DNA of 64,000 nucleotides from an uncultured virus (IMG/VR IMGVR_UViG_3300042864_000170) (Duplodnaviria > Heunggongvirae > Uroviricota > Caudoviricetes): the IMG/VR virus record IMGVR_UViG_3300042864_000170; one strand, written 5' to 3'. How positions within the stretch are numbered: position 1 is the first letter of the stretch; the number at the start of each line of letters is the position of its first letter. The notes beneath the pieces were generated by a model. It saw only the letters and a list, made by a program, of their open reading frames with translations. It ran no database searches and was not told the DNA's origin. Positions 20,558 to 28,979 of this stretch are shown here, piece by piece. The translations under genes and the position numbers were made by a program.

Positions 20558-21330
20558 GCCCAACTTCCGAAATCGCTAATATATTCTGTTTCACTTATCC
20601 GTTGACCCAACTGTCTAATGTCAATGCGGAATCCGGCAGTGCGTATTCCCATCTGCTGAGATTTCAAATAATCTCCCAGTATGGTCTCGGGATGAAATAT
20701 TTTACCCTGTGCTATATACTGTTCAATCGAATGTAAACAGTCAGCATAACAACTCATGGCAGCACCCCGTCCCACAGCCATAAGATCACTGACTGCATGT
20801 CCATAGCCCGCACGAGTATTATCGGGCATGATCACTGCACGATCATCATGCCCTAGGATTTCAGCACAGCGAGCTAGATCCAAGGTATTGTGTAGCATTA
20901 GATCGGGACGTATCTTCAGTACTAGGTCATAGGGTTGTCCGGTGCTGTGTTCGTGTGCTTGACGCATTTGATCTGTGCGCCAGTTACCCCAGAACATTTT
21001 CCACCCGTTGGCCACGTTGGTAACACCGTCATCACGACCACTGTGAGGGAATGCTAGCTGACTTTGATCCACTAGTTCTAAGTGAGCCAAACGATGCCCA
21101 CCCTGTAGATTCAGCTGAATACGTTCCTGAGCCCACTCCACTGTGGGATTGAGCCACCCGGGTGCCACCAACTCACTGCCCTGACTGCGCCAATAGTCAC
21201 TGCGACTTTGGCTGCGTGACCAAACGGACACAAACCAATCAGCAGAATCAAAGCCCACAAGCCTAGATTGAAACACTGTCAATTCCCTGCAGAACCTAGG
21301 TTCACCGCTGACTAATATGGCCACCTTCAT
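20554..21330 (-). CDS. Putative glycosyltransferase-like paralog
   Basis: GEPRF, YDLVLKIRPD, HPET. Confidence 0.55.
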   Translation of the reverse strand: MKVAILVSGEPRFCRELTVFQSRLVGFDSADWFVSVWSRSQSRSDYWRSQGSELVAPGWLNPTVEWAQERIQLNLQGGHRLAHLELVDQSQLAFPHSGRDDGVTNVANGWKMFWGNWRTDQMRQAHEHSTGQPYDLVLKIRPDLMLHNTLDLARCAEILGHDDRAVIMPDNTRAGYGHAVSDLMAVGRGAAMSCYADCLHSIEQYIAQGKIFHPETILGDYLKSQQMGIRTAGFRIDIRQLGQRISETEYISDFGSWA

Positions 21331-21410
21331 CGGTCAAGAGCCCAACCCAGCAGCGCGAAGCGCGAAGCGGTAAAAAAGAGATTTTTATACACCTTTATCT
21401 ACCCACTTAA

Positions 21411-21974
21411 TCACACTAGATCCAGAACCACGTCACGTAGATTCTTACGTGCCACACGAGTCCTTAAATCTGTCGAGATCAAATCCAGTACACTGCCCAG
21501 ATCATTACCGTTGACCTTAAACGACAGTCCGCCTGCTTCAAGCCACTGTGAACAATTGTCCGGACGATCATCTACTAATATATCCCCCACTGTGCAGTGT
21601 TTATGCTTGTCCCACGAATGCGGTCCAAAGTGTACGGGTACGTCGGGAAAATGTAGTTGTGCCCATAACACCTTGTCATAGAATGCCCAGTGTACATCAT
21701 CTTTGGCGGGCACAGCAGTGAGAAACAGCAAATTCCAACCCAAGATGTCTCTATACTGACGTGCTAGATGTACAAGCTCGCCCACCCTGGGCATAAGTGG
21801 TAGATCACGGTAAAAACGTGTTTGAGTCTTGATCAGTTCCCATTCTTCCACAGTGTTGCGATAGTGTGTGAGTGAATCGGGATTGCGCATTGGTCGACCT
21901 AAAAAGCTAGAAGCAGCTGATTCCCAATCAGCTACGACTCCGTCCATGTCTAGATAAAAGGTATTTTTAGTCAT
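21411..21974 (-). CDS. 5'(3')-deoxyribonucleotidase (HAD)
   Basis: YLDMDGVVAD, LTA, K, LVDD. Confidence 0.85.
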   Translation of the reverse strand: MTKNTFYLDMDGVVADWESAASSFLGRPMRNPDSLTHYRNTVEEWELIKTQTRFYRDLPLMPRVGELVHLARQYRDILGWNLLFLTAVPAKDDVHWAFYDKVLWAQLHFPDVPVHFGPHSWDKHKHCTVGDILVDDRPDNCSQWLEAGGLSFKVNGNDLGSVLDLISTDLRTRVARKNLRDVVLDLV

Positions 21975-21986
21975 AAGTTATACTTG

Positions 21987-22424
21987 TTAGTTATAGATGT
22001 AATTGACAGTGTCCGCATTGACTGACAGCACGCCAGCACCATTGCGTAGGTGAAACACACGAGCCATGTCAGTGGGTGGTGATAGAGTGACAAACTGTGT
22101 TAGAGTGGGTTGCACAACTCGTAGATGATCACGAGTCTGTAGAATCAACTGCCTCCCAGAACCAGCACTGTAGCTCCATATGGTATAGAACACTGCTATG
22201 TGTGGAGTCATCATGTTGGGATGTGTTAGTTCCAGTGTGTTTTTGGGAACTGAATCTTTGTAAACAGCACATACAGCAGCCATGGGCTTACCATAGAGAT
22301 CTAACAGTACAAATATATTACTGCGTTCACTTACTCTGAATTCAATGGGTATTTCGGGACGCACGGGATCGTCCTTGACTATGGCGCAAAGTGGGTCAGT
22401 GAGGGTGGTTATACAGTGTAGCAT
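21987..22424 (-). CDS. Hypothetical phage protein
   Basis: DDPVRP, FYTIWSY, TLSP; TTGACT-N17-TATAAT upstream (about 22445-22473). Confidence 0.65.
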   Translation of the reverse strand: MLHCITTLTDPLCAIVKDDPVRPEIPIEFRVSERSNIFVLLDLYGKPMAAVCAVYKDSVPKNTLELTHPNMMTPHIAVFYTIWSYSAGSGRQLILQTRDHLRVVQPTLTQFVTLSPPTDMARVFHLRNGAGVLSVNADTVNYIYN

Positions 22425-22474
22425 GAGTGTGCGAGTTTAAAATAATTATATACGTACTTATGCTATAAGTCAAG

Positions 22475-22744
22475 AATTTCTATATATAGAGGAAAAAATT
22501 AGCGCAAAAAATTTTCAAAATCCGAACAGCGTGGGTACCGAAAGTTTTAGCGGCTCAAATTTTTGCCGCGCAGTTAAAAAAGGGGGAAGAGATCTCGGCC
22601 CCTGGTGATCTACTCTAACACTGGGGGTGAAAAGTTTGGAGATTTTTTGAGAGAATTTTTGAGAACTTTTGGCATGCTTGCAAGTTAGTGCTTGCTAACA
22701 TGTGCAAGCACTACCTGACCACCCCACCATGGCCGGCCACCACC
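22475..22744. other. Non-coding boundary with phased A/T tracts and inverted repeats
   Basis: A and T tracts spaced about 10-12 bp; AGTGCTTGC/GCAAGCACT inverted repeat. Confidence 0.5.
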
Positions 22745-23041
22745 TCAGGCCTGGACTACCTGGTCCTCATCAGCCAGCAAGCCCAACTCCGAATCACCGT
22801 AGCAGTCAAAGCCCTCTGCTTCTAACTCAGCAATGGCTTCGTTCATGAGACTCTCTACGATGCGAACCTTGTCCACGACCCGTAGTTCTTTGTGGCGTGT
22901 AGCCCGCTTAGTACCCTGCTTGTACACTAGCGCATAGTGCTCAGCACAGTAGCTACGGCCCTCTAGTGCGGCGTGTGTACATGTAGGTGTGTGAGCGTGT
23001 GCGCCAATGTACTGGCATGTGTGTTGTGTAGTGTTAGTCAT
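22745..23041 (-). CDS. Small Cys/His (zinc-binding?) protein
   Basis: CQYI..C..SYCAEH. Confidence 0.6.
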   Translation of the reverse strand: MTNTTQHTCQYIGAHAHTPTCTHAALEGRSYCAEHYALVYKQGTKRATRHKELRVVDKVRIVESLMNEAIAELEAEGFDCYGDSELGLLADEDQVVQA

Positions 23042-23264
23042 TGTTGTCTTTTACTATCTTATCTAGGTCTGCTCGTTGGGATTCAGTGGCTGTTGAGTAG
23101 GCTGTTATGCCCTGTACTACACCCATTTCAAAGCCCGCCCTACGGCTGAGGTAATCACTACAGATGAACAGCGCCAGCATACACCAGAACCATTCACTGT
23201 AGAAGTCTATACCAGCGGCACTGAGTACTGTGCCCACTAGTGCGTATATGATTACTCGGGTCAT
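23034..23264 (-). CDS. Small membrane protein
   Basis: Two hydrophobic segments; ATGA-coupled. Confidence 0.55.
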   Translation of the reverse strand: MTRVIIYALVGTVLSAAGIDFYSEWFWCMLALFICSDYLSRRAGFEMGVVQGITAYSTATESQRADLDKIVKDNND

Positions 23265-24139
23265 GCTCGCTTCATACAGGTAGTCTTGGCCATTGCTTGC
23301 CAGTTCTTTGGAAAGCCCTTGCGCAGGTCTGCTAACTTGAGCACCATACGCAGGCTCAGCTCACGCAACTTGTCCTGGTTCTGTTCCACAAAGCTGACAA
23401 TCTCGTCCTTTTGGATCTGACTGAACTCAAAGCGGGCCAGCATGTCTGCATCGTTAACCACCTGCTTGATACGCAGAATCTTCTCTCTGTTGGTGTCCAT
23501 CTGCAGGTCAATGTAGTGGCAACGGCTTTCCAATGCATCCAAGTGATCACGGAGTCGTTTGCTCTTTACGTGCTCAAACTTGATGTTGGTAATGAAAATG
23601 GCCGCACCTTTGAACTCAAAGCGGTCTGGAATGCCTTCTGAGCGTAGCAGGCGGCTGTCAGTGTTCCAAGCAATGAAACGACGCTCACTGGAGTCCAAGG
23701 CACCCTTGAGGATGTTCAGGCTCAGGTCTTCCATAAGGATACTGTCGCAGTCATCGAACACAACCACGTTCTTAGCGTCAGAGAACTCATACAGTTTAGC
23801 GTACAGTCCCAAGGCACTCATAGCACCTTTGACAATCTCAAACTTGGGTTTCTTCTCAGCCAATGTGTCAAACAGGCCGTCCTTTTGCAGAACCTTCTCA
23901 ACTCCAAAGCTCTTGCCAACACCTGGAGGGCCGCTGACGATCATAGCACGGACATCACCGCTCTTCACAGCCTTGGTCATCTCGTCCAGGATCTCAAAGC
24001 GCTCACCCAGTCGTGCCAGGATCTCTGCGTCTGTTTCCTTAGCCACTTCGTTCTCGCGCTTCTTGATAGCGTCCGTATCGAATTCCAGTACTGTAGTGCC
24101 CTTGCTGGGTTTCTGTGCTGCCTTCTTTGCTGTAGCCAT
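23261..24139 (-). CDS. AAA+ family ATPase
   Basis: GPPGVGKS Walker A, VVVFDD Walker B, ALESR arginine finger. Confidence 0.85.
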   Translation of the reverse strand: MATAKKAAQKPSKGTTVLEFDTDAIKKRENEVAKETDAEILARLGERFEILDEMTKAVKSGDVRAMIVSGPPGVGKSFGVEKVLQKDGLFDTLAEKKPKFEIVKGAMSALGLYAKLYEFSDAKNVVVFDDCDSILMEDLSLNILKGALDSSERRFIAWNTDSRLLRSEGIPDRFEFKGAAIFITNIKFEHVKSKRLRDHLDALESRCHYIDLQMDTNREKILRIKQVVNDADMLARFEFSQIQKDEIVSFVEQNQDKLRELSLRMVLKLADLRKGFPKNWQAMAKTTCMKRA

Positions 24140-24200
24140 TTTGCTTCCTTTAGTGCGTTGTTGATGTATGTATTATATGATCTTTTTACAGAGTTGTCAA

Positions 24201-24291
24201 GCTCTTTGTTGAACACATTAAAAGGAATCTAGTGCCCGTTGGTCCGTGGAGCCCGAACACTAAAAGGGATCTAATGCGTTCAACAAAGGGC
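24201..24291 (-). ncRNA. Long imperfect RNA hairpin with a central bubble
   Basis: 22-bp outer stem (one mismatch) and 9-bp inner stem, four G-U pairs on the minus strand. Confidence 0.55.
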
Positions 24292-24304
24292 TCGCGCCCC
24301 TTGC

Positions 24305-24655
24305 TTAGTCCATTCGGCTTCCGGCGTAGACCTTGTCCAAGCCCAACTTAGCCTTGAGCACCTCTGCGTATGCATAGGCACCCGCTTCCAGGATGTCCAA
24401 GCTCTGAGCAGCCGCCTTGCCTGGATTCCACAGCTGGAGCGAACCTGTGTAGTCTTTGCGGAAGCCAGCGGCTTGCAGGGCCTTGCCCAACTTGCTGTTG
24501 GAGCGTACACCCCACACATTGACCCAAGCAAAGCCACAAGCGCCACGGTCACCGCCCAGTGCGGCATAGGCCTGCTTAACAGCTGAGCGAGCAGCCAGTG
24601 CGGCTTCGTTGGTTGCGTCTTGCACGGCGTCCAGGTTAAAGTCTTTAGCGTTCAT
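24305..24655 (-). CDS. Early hypothetical protein (GACGFAWV motif)
   Basis: Own promoter and AAGGAG SD. Confidence 0.75.
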   Translation of the reverse strand: MNAKDFNLDAVQDATNEAALAARSAVKQAYAALGGDRGACGFAWVNVWGVRSNSKLGKALQAAGFRKDYTGSLQLWNPGKAAAQSLDILEAGAYAYAEVLKAKLGLDKVYAGSRMD

Positions 24656-24720
24656 TTAAAAGCTCCTTAGTGCGTTGTTGATGTATGTATTATAACAAGG
24701 TTTTACCACCTTGTCAACTG

Positions 24721-24921
24721 TTATTTGCTGGTGCTGTTGTGGCTTTTAAACAACATGCCGCAGAGGAAGTTCAAGCCCCATGCTTGGAACAGAGTGACTT
24801 CCTTCAGTCCAAACAGTTCGGGCATCAACCAGTCCCACAGGAGCATAGTGGGCAGGGCCATGATCAAGCTGATGCCAACTAGAGTTGCAACGGCTAGGAC
24901 AAAAGCGGCGACGGTTTGCAT
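24721..24921 (-). CDS. Small membrane protein
   Basis: Hydrophobic; start reassigned to MQTV. Confidence 0.6.
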   Translation of the reverse strand: MQTVAAFVLAVATLVGISLIMALPTMLLWDWLMPELFGLKEVTLFQAWGLNFLCGMLFKSHNSTSK

Positions 24922-24935
24922 AGTGCGATCCTTGT

Positions 24936-25154
24936 TTACTTGTTCAACTTGTTCAGGGCATCCAGGTGCTCTGCTTTGGCCAGCTCGATGTCGTAGACCA
25001 TCTTGCACAGATAGACTATCATGCCTACGCAGAAGCCAATGCCAATCTGTTCTACGGTGAAGTAGGTGAACACTACGTTGGCACAGAAGCCTGCGATAAG
25101 GGCAATGCCCAGGAGTTTGCCCATGTTGAGCAGTGCGGTTTGTTTAGGAGTCAT
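24936..25154 (-). CDS. Small membrane protein
   Basis: Two TM segments; start MTPKQ. Confidence 0.6.
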   Translation of the reverse strand: MTPKQTALLNMGKLLGIALIAGFCANVVFTYFTVEQIGIGFCVGMIVYLCKMVYDIELAKAEHLDALNKLNK

Positions 25155-25155
25155 T

Positions 25156-25290
25156 TCATTTTCCTTTAGTTTGTTTGGCTTCCTGAGCGGCAATCTTGCC
25201 GGAGTAGGCTTTGCCTGCGGTGTGGATCAGACCAGTCTTGGTGTAGGTAATAACGCCGCCGGTGCTTGATGGAATTGATTTCTGTGTCAT
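25156..25290 (-). CDS. Small early protein (44 aa)
   Basis: AAGGA SD after promoter 25318-25346. Confidence 0.55.
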   Translation of the reverse strand: MTQKSIPSSTGGVITYTKTGLIHTAGKAYSGKIAAQEAKQTKGK

Positions 25291-25340
25291 TGTGTGTCCT
25301 TGTTTGTTTATGTGTGTATTATAGCACGGAAAAGCCTCGG

Positions 25341-25397
25341 TGTCAACCCCTGCGAAGTACCCAGGCGAGTTGCAGGGTCTAGTGGCAGGGGTTGGCA
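25341..25397. repeat. 57-bp palindromic direct repeat, copy 1
   Basis: 54/57 identical to 30429-30485; ends form TGTCAACCCCTGC/GCAGGGGTTGRCA inverted repeat. Confidence 0.9.
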
Positions 25398-25407
25398 CTC
25401 CGGCCAA

Positions 25408-25647
25408 TTATGCTATTTCTTTAAAGACTTTGTAGCCACGAGCGGTCAAGGTTGAGATAGCCTGTTGGATCTCTACGGCCTTACCGTGCTCCCACTCCAG
25501 CATCTCTTTGGCACCCTTGATGGTGTCTTCATCGCCGTACTGGTTGAAGAAGTTGTGCTTGTAGGAATAGAACTTACGACCATCCTCGTCCAGTCGCATC
25601 TGGATGGTGCCAAGGCCCCTGTAGTCTACGATCTCGTTTAGCTTCAT
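25408..25647 (-). CDS. Early hypothetical protein
   Basis: Own promoter, AGGAG SD. Confidence 0.7.
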   Translation of the reverse strand: MKLNEIVDYRGLGTIQMRLDEDGRKFYSYKHNFFNQYGDEDTIKGAKEMLEWEHGKAVEIQQAISTLTARGYKVFKEIA

Positions 25648-25732
25648 CTTTTGCTCCTAGTGTGTTAGTGTATGCTTGTATTATAACGCCAATTTACCAG
25701 AGTGTAAACCAATAGCCCTTGCGGGCTAAGGG

Positions 25733-26119
25733 TTATACCCAGCCTTCTACCATCATAACGGGCTTCTTAAGGGCTCGCTTAACAAAGGTCTCGGGCTCGT
25801 CGTCAACCCGCACTAGCATGTAGCCAAATGCCTCTACCAAGTCCACTTCTGCCACTTCTAGTTCCACGCCTGCTTTCTCAAAGGCAATGTTCATCTTTGT
25901 TAGGGCATACTTAACGCCTGCACAGAAGGCCTCGTGCTCGCTGTCTGTAACGTCTTCAAAGTCGAACGCTTCTACCATCACTGCCTCGTAGTCCTGTCCG
26001 TCTGCTACAATGAACGGGCGGATCTTAGCCCAAGCCTTCTGGTCCACGCAGTCAAAATGGTCACAGGCTTCGTTAAGGTCGAAACTGTTAAACGCATCAT
26101 AGTTTACTTTTTTAGCCAT
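25733..26119 (-). CDS. Acidic early hypothetical protein
   Basis: Start MAKKV downstream of promoter. Confidence 0.7.
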   Translation of the reverse strand: MAKKVNYDAFNSFDLNEACDHFDCVDQKAWAKIRPFIVADGQDYEAVMVEAFDFEDVTDSEHEAFCAGVKYALTKMNIAFEKAGVELEVAEVDLVEAFGYMLVRVDDEPETFVKRALKKPVMMVEGWV

Positions 26120-26180
26120 CTGTCGCCCCTTTTGTGTTAGTGTGTATGTATTATAACTTCGTTTTACTACTCTGTCAACC

Positions 26181-26307
26181 ACCCTACGCTCTGTAGGGTT
26201 ATTATATCCGTTGCCCCACCTAAGTGCCCCAGTTCCTCTAGGGCTTTAACACTGTTCCTCAGCGTCCTTAAATGCTCTTTACTTCAGCAACCTTATTCTT
26301 TCTTCTT
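26181..26307 (-). ncRNA. Promoter-driven small RNA with two AGGAA-loop hairpins (RsmY/CsrB-like)
   Basis: Perfect promoter 26314-26342, no AUG, three-way junction with G-U pairs. Confidence 0.7.
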
Positions 26308-26327
26308 GTATGTATTATAACGTCTTT

Positions 26328-26546
26328 TCAAAGACCTGTCAACCTAAAGGGTTTTAGAACTTCTTTGGCTTCTTTGTACTGTGGCAATTTAGCCACAGCC
26401 GCATCGATGGTCATTAAGTGGGCCTGCACCAACAATTCTTCTGCATACAGGCGGTCGTCTTCCGACACTTCCGTGTACCATTGTTTGAGCTGTTTGGTAG
26501 GCAGGTTCAACAAGAACATTAGGTTACCCTTATCGTGATCGTTCAT
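26328..26546 (-). CDS. Early hypothetical protein
   Basis: Start MNDHD, TAATG-coupled. Confidence 0.65.
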   Translation of the reverse strand: MNDHDKGNLMFLLNLPTKQLKQWYTEVSEDDRLYAEELLVQAHLMTIDAAVAKLPQYKEAKEVLKPFRLTGL

Positions 26547-26629
26547 TAAAATTCTCCCATGATAATCATTGCAAGACCCATGACGATCACGGGCATCAGT
26601 ACTATGGCTAGGTTGATCATTGCTTGCAT
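26546..26629 (-). CDS. 27-aa hydrophobic microprotein MQAMINLAIVLMPVIVMGLAMIIMGEF
   Basis: Below ORF-track cutoff; TAATG-coupled at both ends. Confidence 0.6.
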   Translation of the reverse strand: MQAMINLAIVLMPVIVMGLAMIIMGEF

Positions 26630-26853
26630 TAGATCCACTCCTTATAGTCGCCATGTTCTTCGTTGTCGTTGAAGCCTGCGGTGTAGGCCACGATCTCATT
26701 GGGTGTCATATCCTTGAGAGTGACACGCCCTGAGGCTTTGGTGTCACCTAGGTAGTAGTGGGGATTGTAGTCCCTGCGGTAATAGCTGTCTGCCATGCCG
26801 CGATCATAAGGACCACCGTGTCGTGTGTCCATCTCGATGTGTTCTCTAATCAT
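26629..26853 (-). CDS. Early hypothetical protein (HGGPYDRG..DSYY)
   Basis: Own promoter, AAGGAG SD. Confidence 0.7.
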   Translation of the reverse strand: MIREHIEMDTRHGGPYDRGMADSYYRRDYNPHYYLGDTKASGRVTLKDMTPNEIVAYTAGFNDNEEHGDYKEWI

Positions 26854-26920
26854 CTTTGCTCCTTAGTGTCTATGTGTGTATTGTAACAGGAATTCAAAGC
26901 CCTGTCAACCACTAAGGTCT

Positions 26921-27238
26921 TTACCAAACCAACTCTTTTGCTGGGTAACGGATGGAACCTTCGTAGTCCAACTGGCTCTGCTCAAACTCTGTGAGGTAGT
27001 CGTCCTTGACAATGCGGAAGTCGATCACTGTTTCACGGAAGTGATCGTTGTCTGACTCAATCTGTGCTCGCAGGCACATGACCGCCATGGTAGCATCGGC
27101 AGAGCCACCTTTGAACTTCTTGACCACGTAGTCCGAACCGCCCTTGGCTTTCCAGTACTGTGGGCACTCGTTCTTGCCGTCCCAATCATGGGCACCGTAG
27201 TTCTCGTAGTATTGTGTAGTGATTAACAGTTTAGCCAT
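26921..27238 (-). CDS. Early hypothetical protein (ENYGAHDWDG..CPQYWK.KGG)
   Basis: Own promoter, AAGGAG SD. Confidence 0.75.
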   Translation of the reverse strand: MAKLLITTQYYENYGAHDWDGKNECPQYWKAKGGSDYVVKKFKGGSADATMAVMCLRAQIESDNDHFRETVIDFRIVKDDYLTEFEQSQLDYEGSIRYPAKELVW

Positions 27239-27306
27239 TGTGTGCTCCTTGTTGCGATGTATGTATTATAACATCAAAAAGAAACCCTGTCAAGTGCAGG
27301 GTTATT

Positions 27307-27381
27307 TGGTCCGGCCACCAGGAATCGAACCTGGATTGACTGCTTAGAAGGCAGATGTTCTGTCCATTGAACTATGGCCAG
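27307..27381 (-). tRNA. tRNA-Arg (UCU)
   Basis: Cloverleaf: CTGGCCA/TGGCCGG acceptor, CTTCTAA anticodon loop, GGTTCGATTCC T-arm, encoded CCA. Confidence 0.95.
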
Positions 27382-27387
27382 GAATCT

Positions 27388-27675
27388 TTATCTACAGTGA
27401 GTGCGCCAGCCAAAGAACTGACCATAGCCGTTATAGACCGGAGTATGGTAGCATACCGGCTGTGGGGGCAAGGGTTGGTAGATGATCTGCGGTTGTGGTT
27501 GGTAGATCACAGGAGGTTGTTGAACGATTACAGGAGGCTGAACGGGCTGTTGTTTAGCCATTGAATTGCCTATGAATCCGCCTAGGATGATACCCAGCAA
27601 GACATCCTCTGGACCAGCTGCCTGTGCAGTGCCCAAGGATGCGATCAGTGCGATTGAAGTAAGGATTCGTTTCAT
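27388..27675 (-). CDS. Secreted/membrane Pro-Gln-rich protein
   Basis: Signal peptide, GxxxG-like segment, PPVI repeats. Confidence 0.65.
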   Translation of the reverse strand: MKRILTSIALIASLGTAQAAGPEDVLLGIILGGFIGNSMAKQQPVQPPVIVQQPPVIYQPQPQIIYQPLPPQPVCYHTPVYNGYGQFFGWRTHCR

Positions 27676-27701
27676 AGTTCTATTATACAGTCAATTATTT
27701 A

Positions 27702-27911
27702 TCAAGTCAACTCTTTAAATGTTCGCCCTTTGAGATCCAGCTTGAGCGGTGTACGGAACTTCTTTACCTGATCTGTGCCCGCAGGTATGTAGGCAATAGC
27801 TGTGGCACTTCGACCTGTAACCCGCTCGTTGAAGATGTAGACATGGTTACCGGCGTTGCTGTCTGTCCACTGTGTGGTTTCCTGATAGACTTTAATCGAT
27901 TTGGATGTCAT
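27702..27911 (-). CDS. Early hypothetical protein
   Basis: In cassette operon. Confidence 0.6.
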   Translation of the reverse strand: MTSKSIKVYQETTQWTDSNAGNHVYIFNERVTGRSATAIAYIPAGTDQVKKFRTPLKLDLKGRTFKELT

Positions 27912-28077
27912 GTATCTTACCCTCGTTGAAGATGTAGTAAAGGTTCATAGAACCGTAGTAGACCCAGATGCAGTCATTGCCCGGAGTCATTGTGTAGTGT
28001 GTGATTCCCTTGCGGGCCATGTCCTCTTCGACTAGGATGACCTCTAGTGGGTTAAGGTCTGGATGTATCTTAAGCAC
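27892..28077 (-). CDS. Early hypothetical protein
   Basis: In cassette operon. Confidence 0.55.
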   Translation of the reverse strand: MLKIHPDLNPLEVILVEEDMARKGITHYTMTPGNDCIWVYYGSMNLYYIFNEGKIHDIQID

Positions 28078-28273
28078 GTTTCAGCACTCCGAAGATCGAG
28101 TTCTGGAGTTCAGCGGCTTCCTCAGTCTCGAGGTAGAAGTCAGTCCGTGGATCCCAGTAGCGGCCTTCCTTAGGATCGTAGTAGGCAACACGGCCATTGG
28201 GATAGTGGAAGGGTCCTTCAAGTCCTTTGCGTGGACCGTATTCCTTGTTGTGTTTGAAAACAATGTAGCTCAT
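28070..28273 (-). CDS. Early hypothetical protein (GLEGPF..YYDPKEG.Y)
   Basis: Own promoter, AAGGAG SD. Confidence 0.7.
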   Translation of the reverse strand: MSYIVFKHNKEYGPRKGLEGPFHYPNGRVAYYDPKEGRYWDPRTDFYLETEEAAELQNSIFGVLKRA

Positions 28274-28644
28274 TGACTGCTCCTTGTTGCGATGTATGTA
28301 TTATAACACCGGGATAGTATTCTGTCAACCAATTCCTTGCGTCTTGTAGGGTCTTTAAGGGCTCTTCTCTATCGCTGAGAACACGATGGTTTCCACAGGC
28401 TCGGACATGATAGCCTACTTGATCATTGCCTATGATACGAAAGCTTCGATCTCTGCGGAACCATTCTTCGTCGACATTGTTTAAGTTCATGTATGTATTA
28501 TAGCAAGGTTTTACCACTCTGTCAACCTCTTTTGGTGTTGTATTTTTGCCACAAAAGGTGAGCCCCGCAACAGCTTCACAGCGTGGCAGGGCTCGGGGGT
28601 TTGCCTGGGACACTACCCCCAGGACTTCGGAGCGAACTCTCTAC

Positions 28645-28914
28645 TTACGCAAGGCCGAGAGCCATAGCCTTGTAACCTGCGGCAATGATCTTGCGGCTTG
28701 GTTGACCCATAACATACTCGGTCACTTCAACACCGTTACCGGCTTTGCGGTTGTTTGCATACACTGCGAAACCGCTTTGACGAATACGGCTGACTTCAGC
28801 TGTGACATTCTTGATACCGAAACGCTTTGCAGCCTGTGCAGGAGTCAATGCCTCGCCTGCTTTCAATGCTGTGAATAGTTTCCCGGCTTTGGTTTCTGGA
28901 TTAATCGTTTTCAT
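28645..28914 (-). CDS. Winged-helix DNA-binding protein
   Basis: LTPAQAAKRFGIKNVTAEVSRIRQSG HTH pattern. Confidence 0.65.
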   Translation of the reverse strand: MKTINPETKAGKLFTALKAGEALTPAQAAKRFGIKNVTAEVSRIRQSGFAVYANNRKAGNGVEVTEYVMGQPSRKIIAAGYKAMALGLA

Positions 28915-28979
28915 TTTGTCTTCCTTGTTAGATACTGCTGTGCAGTTATTATCTATTATAGAGAAGACTGACTGGTAAA

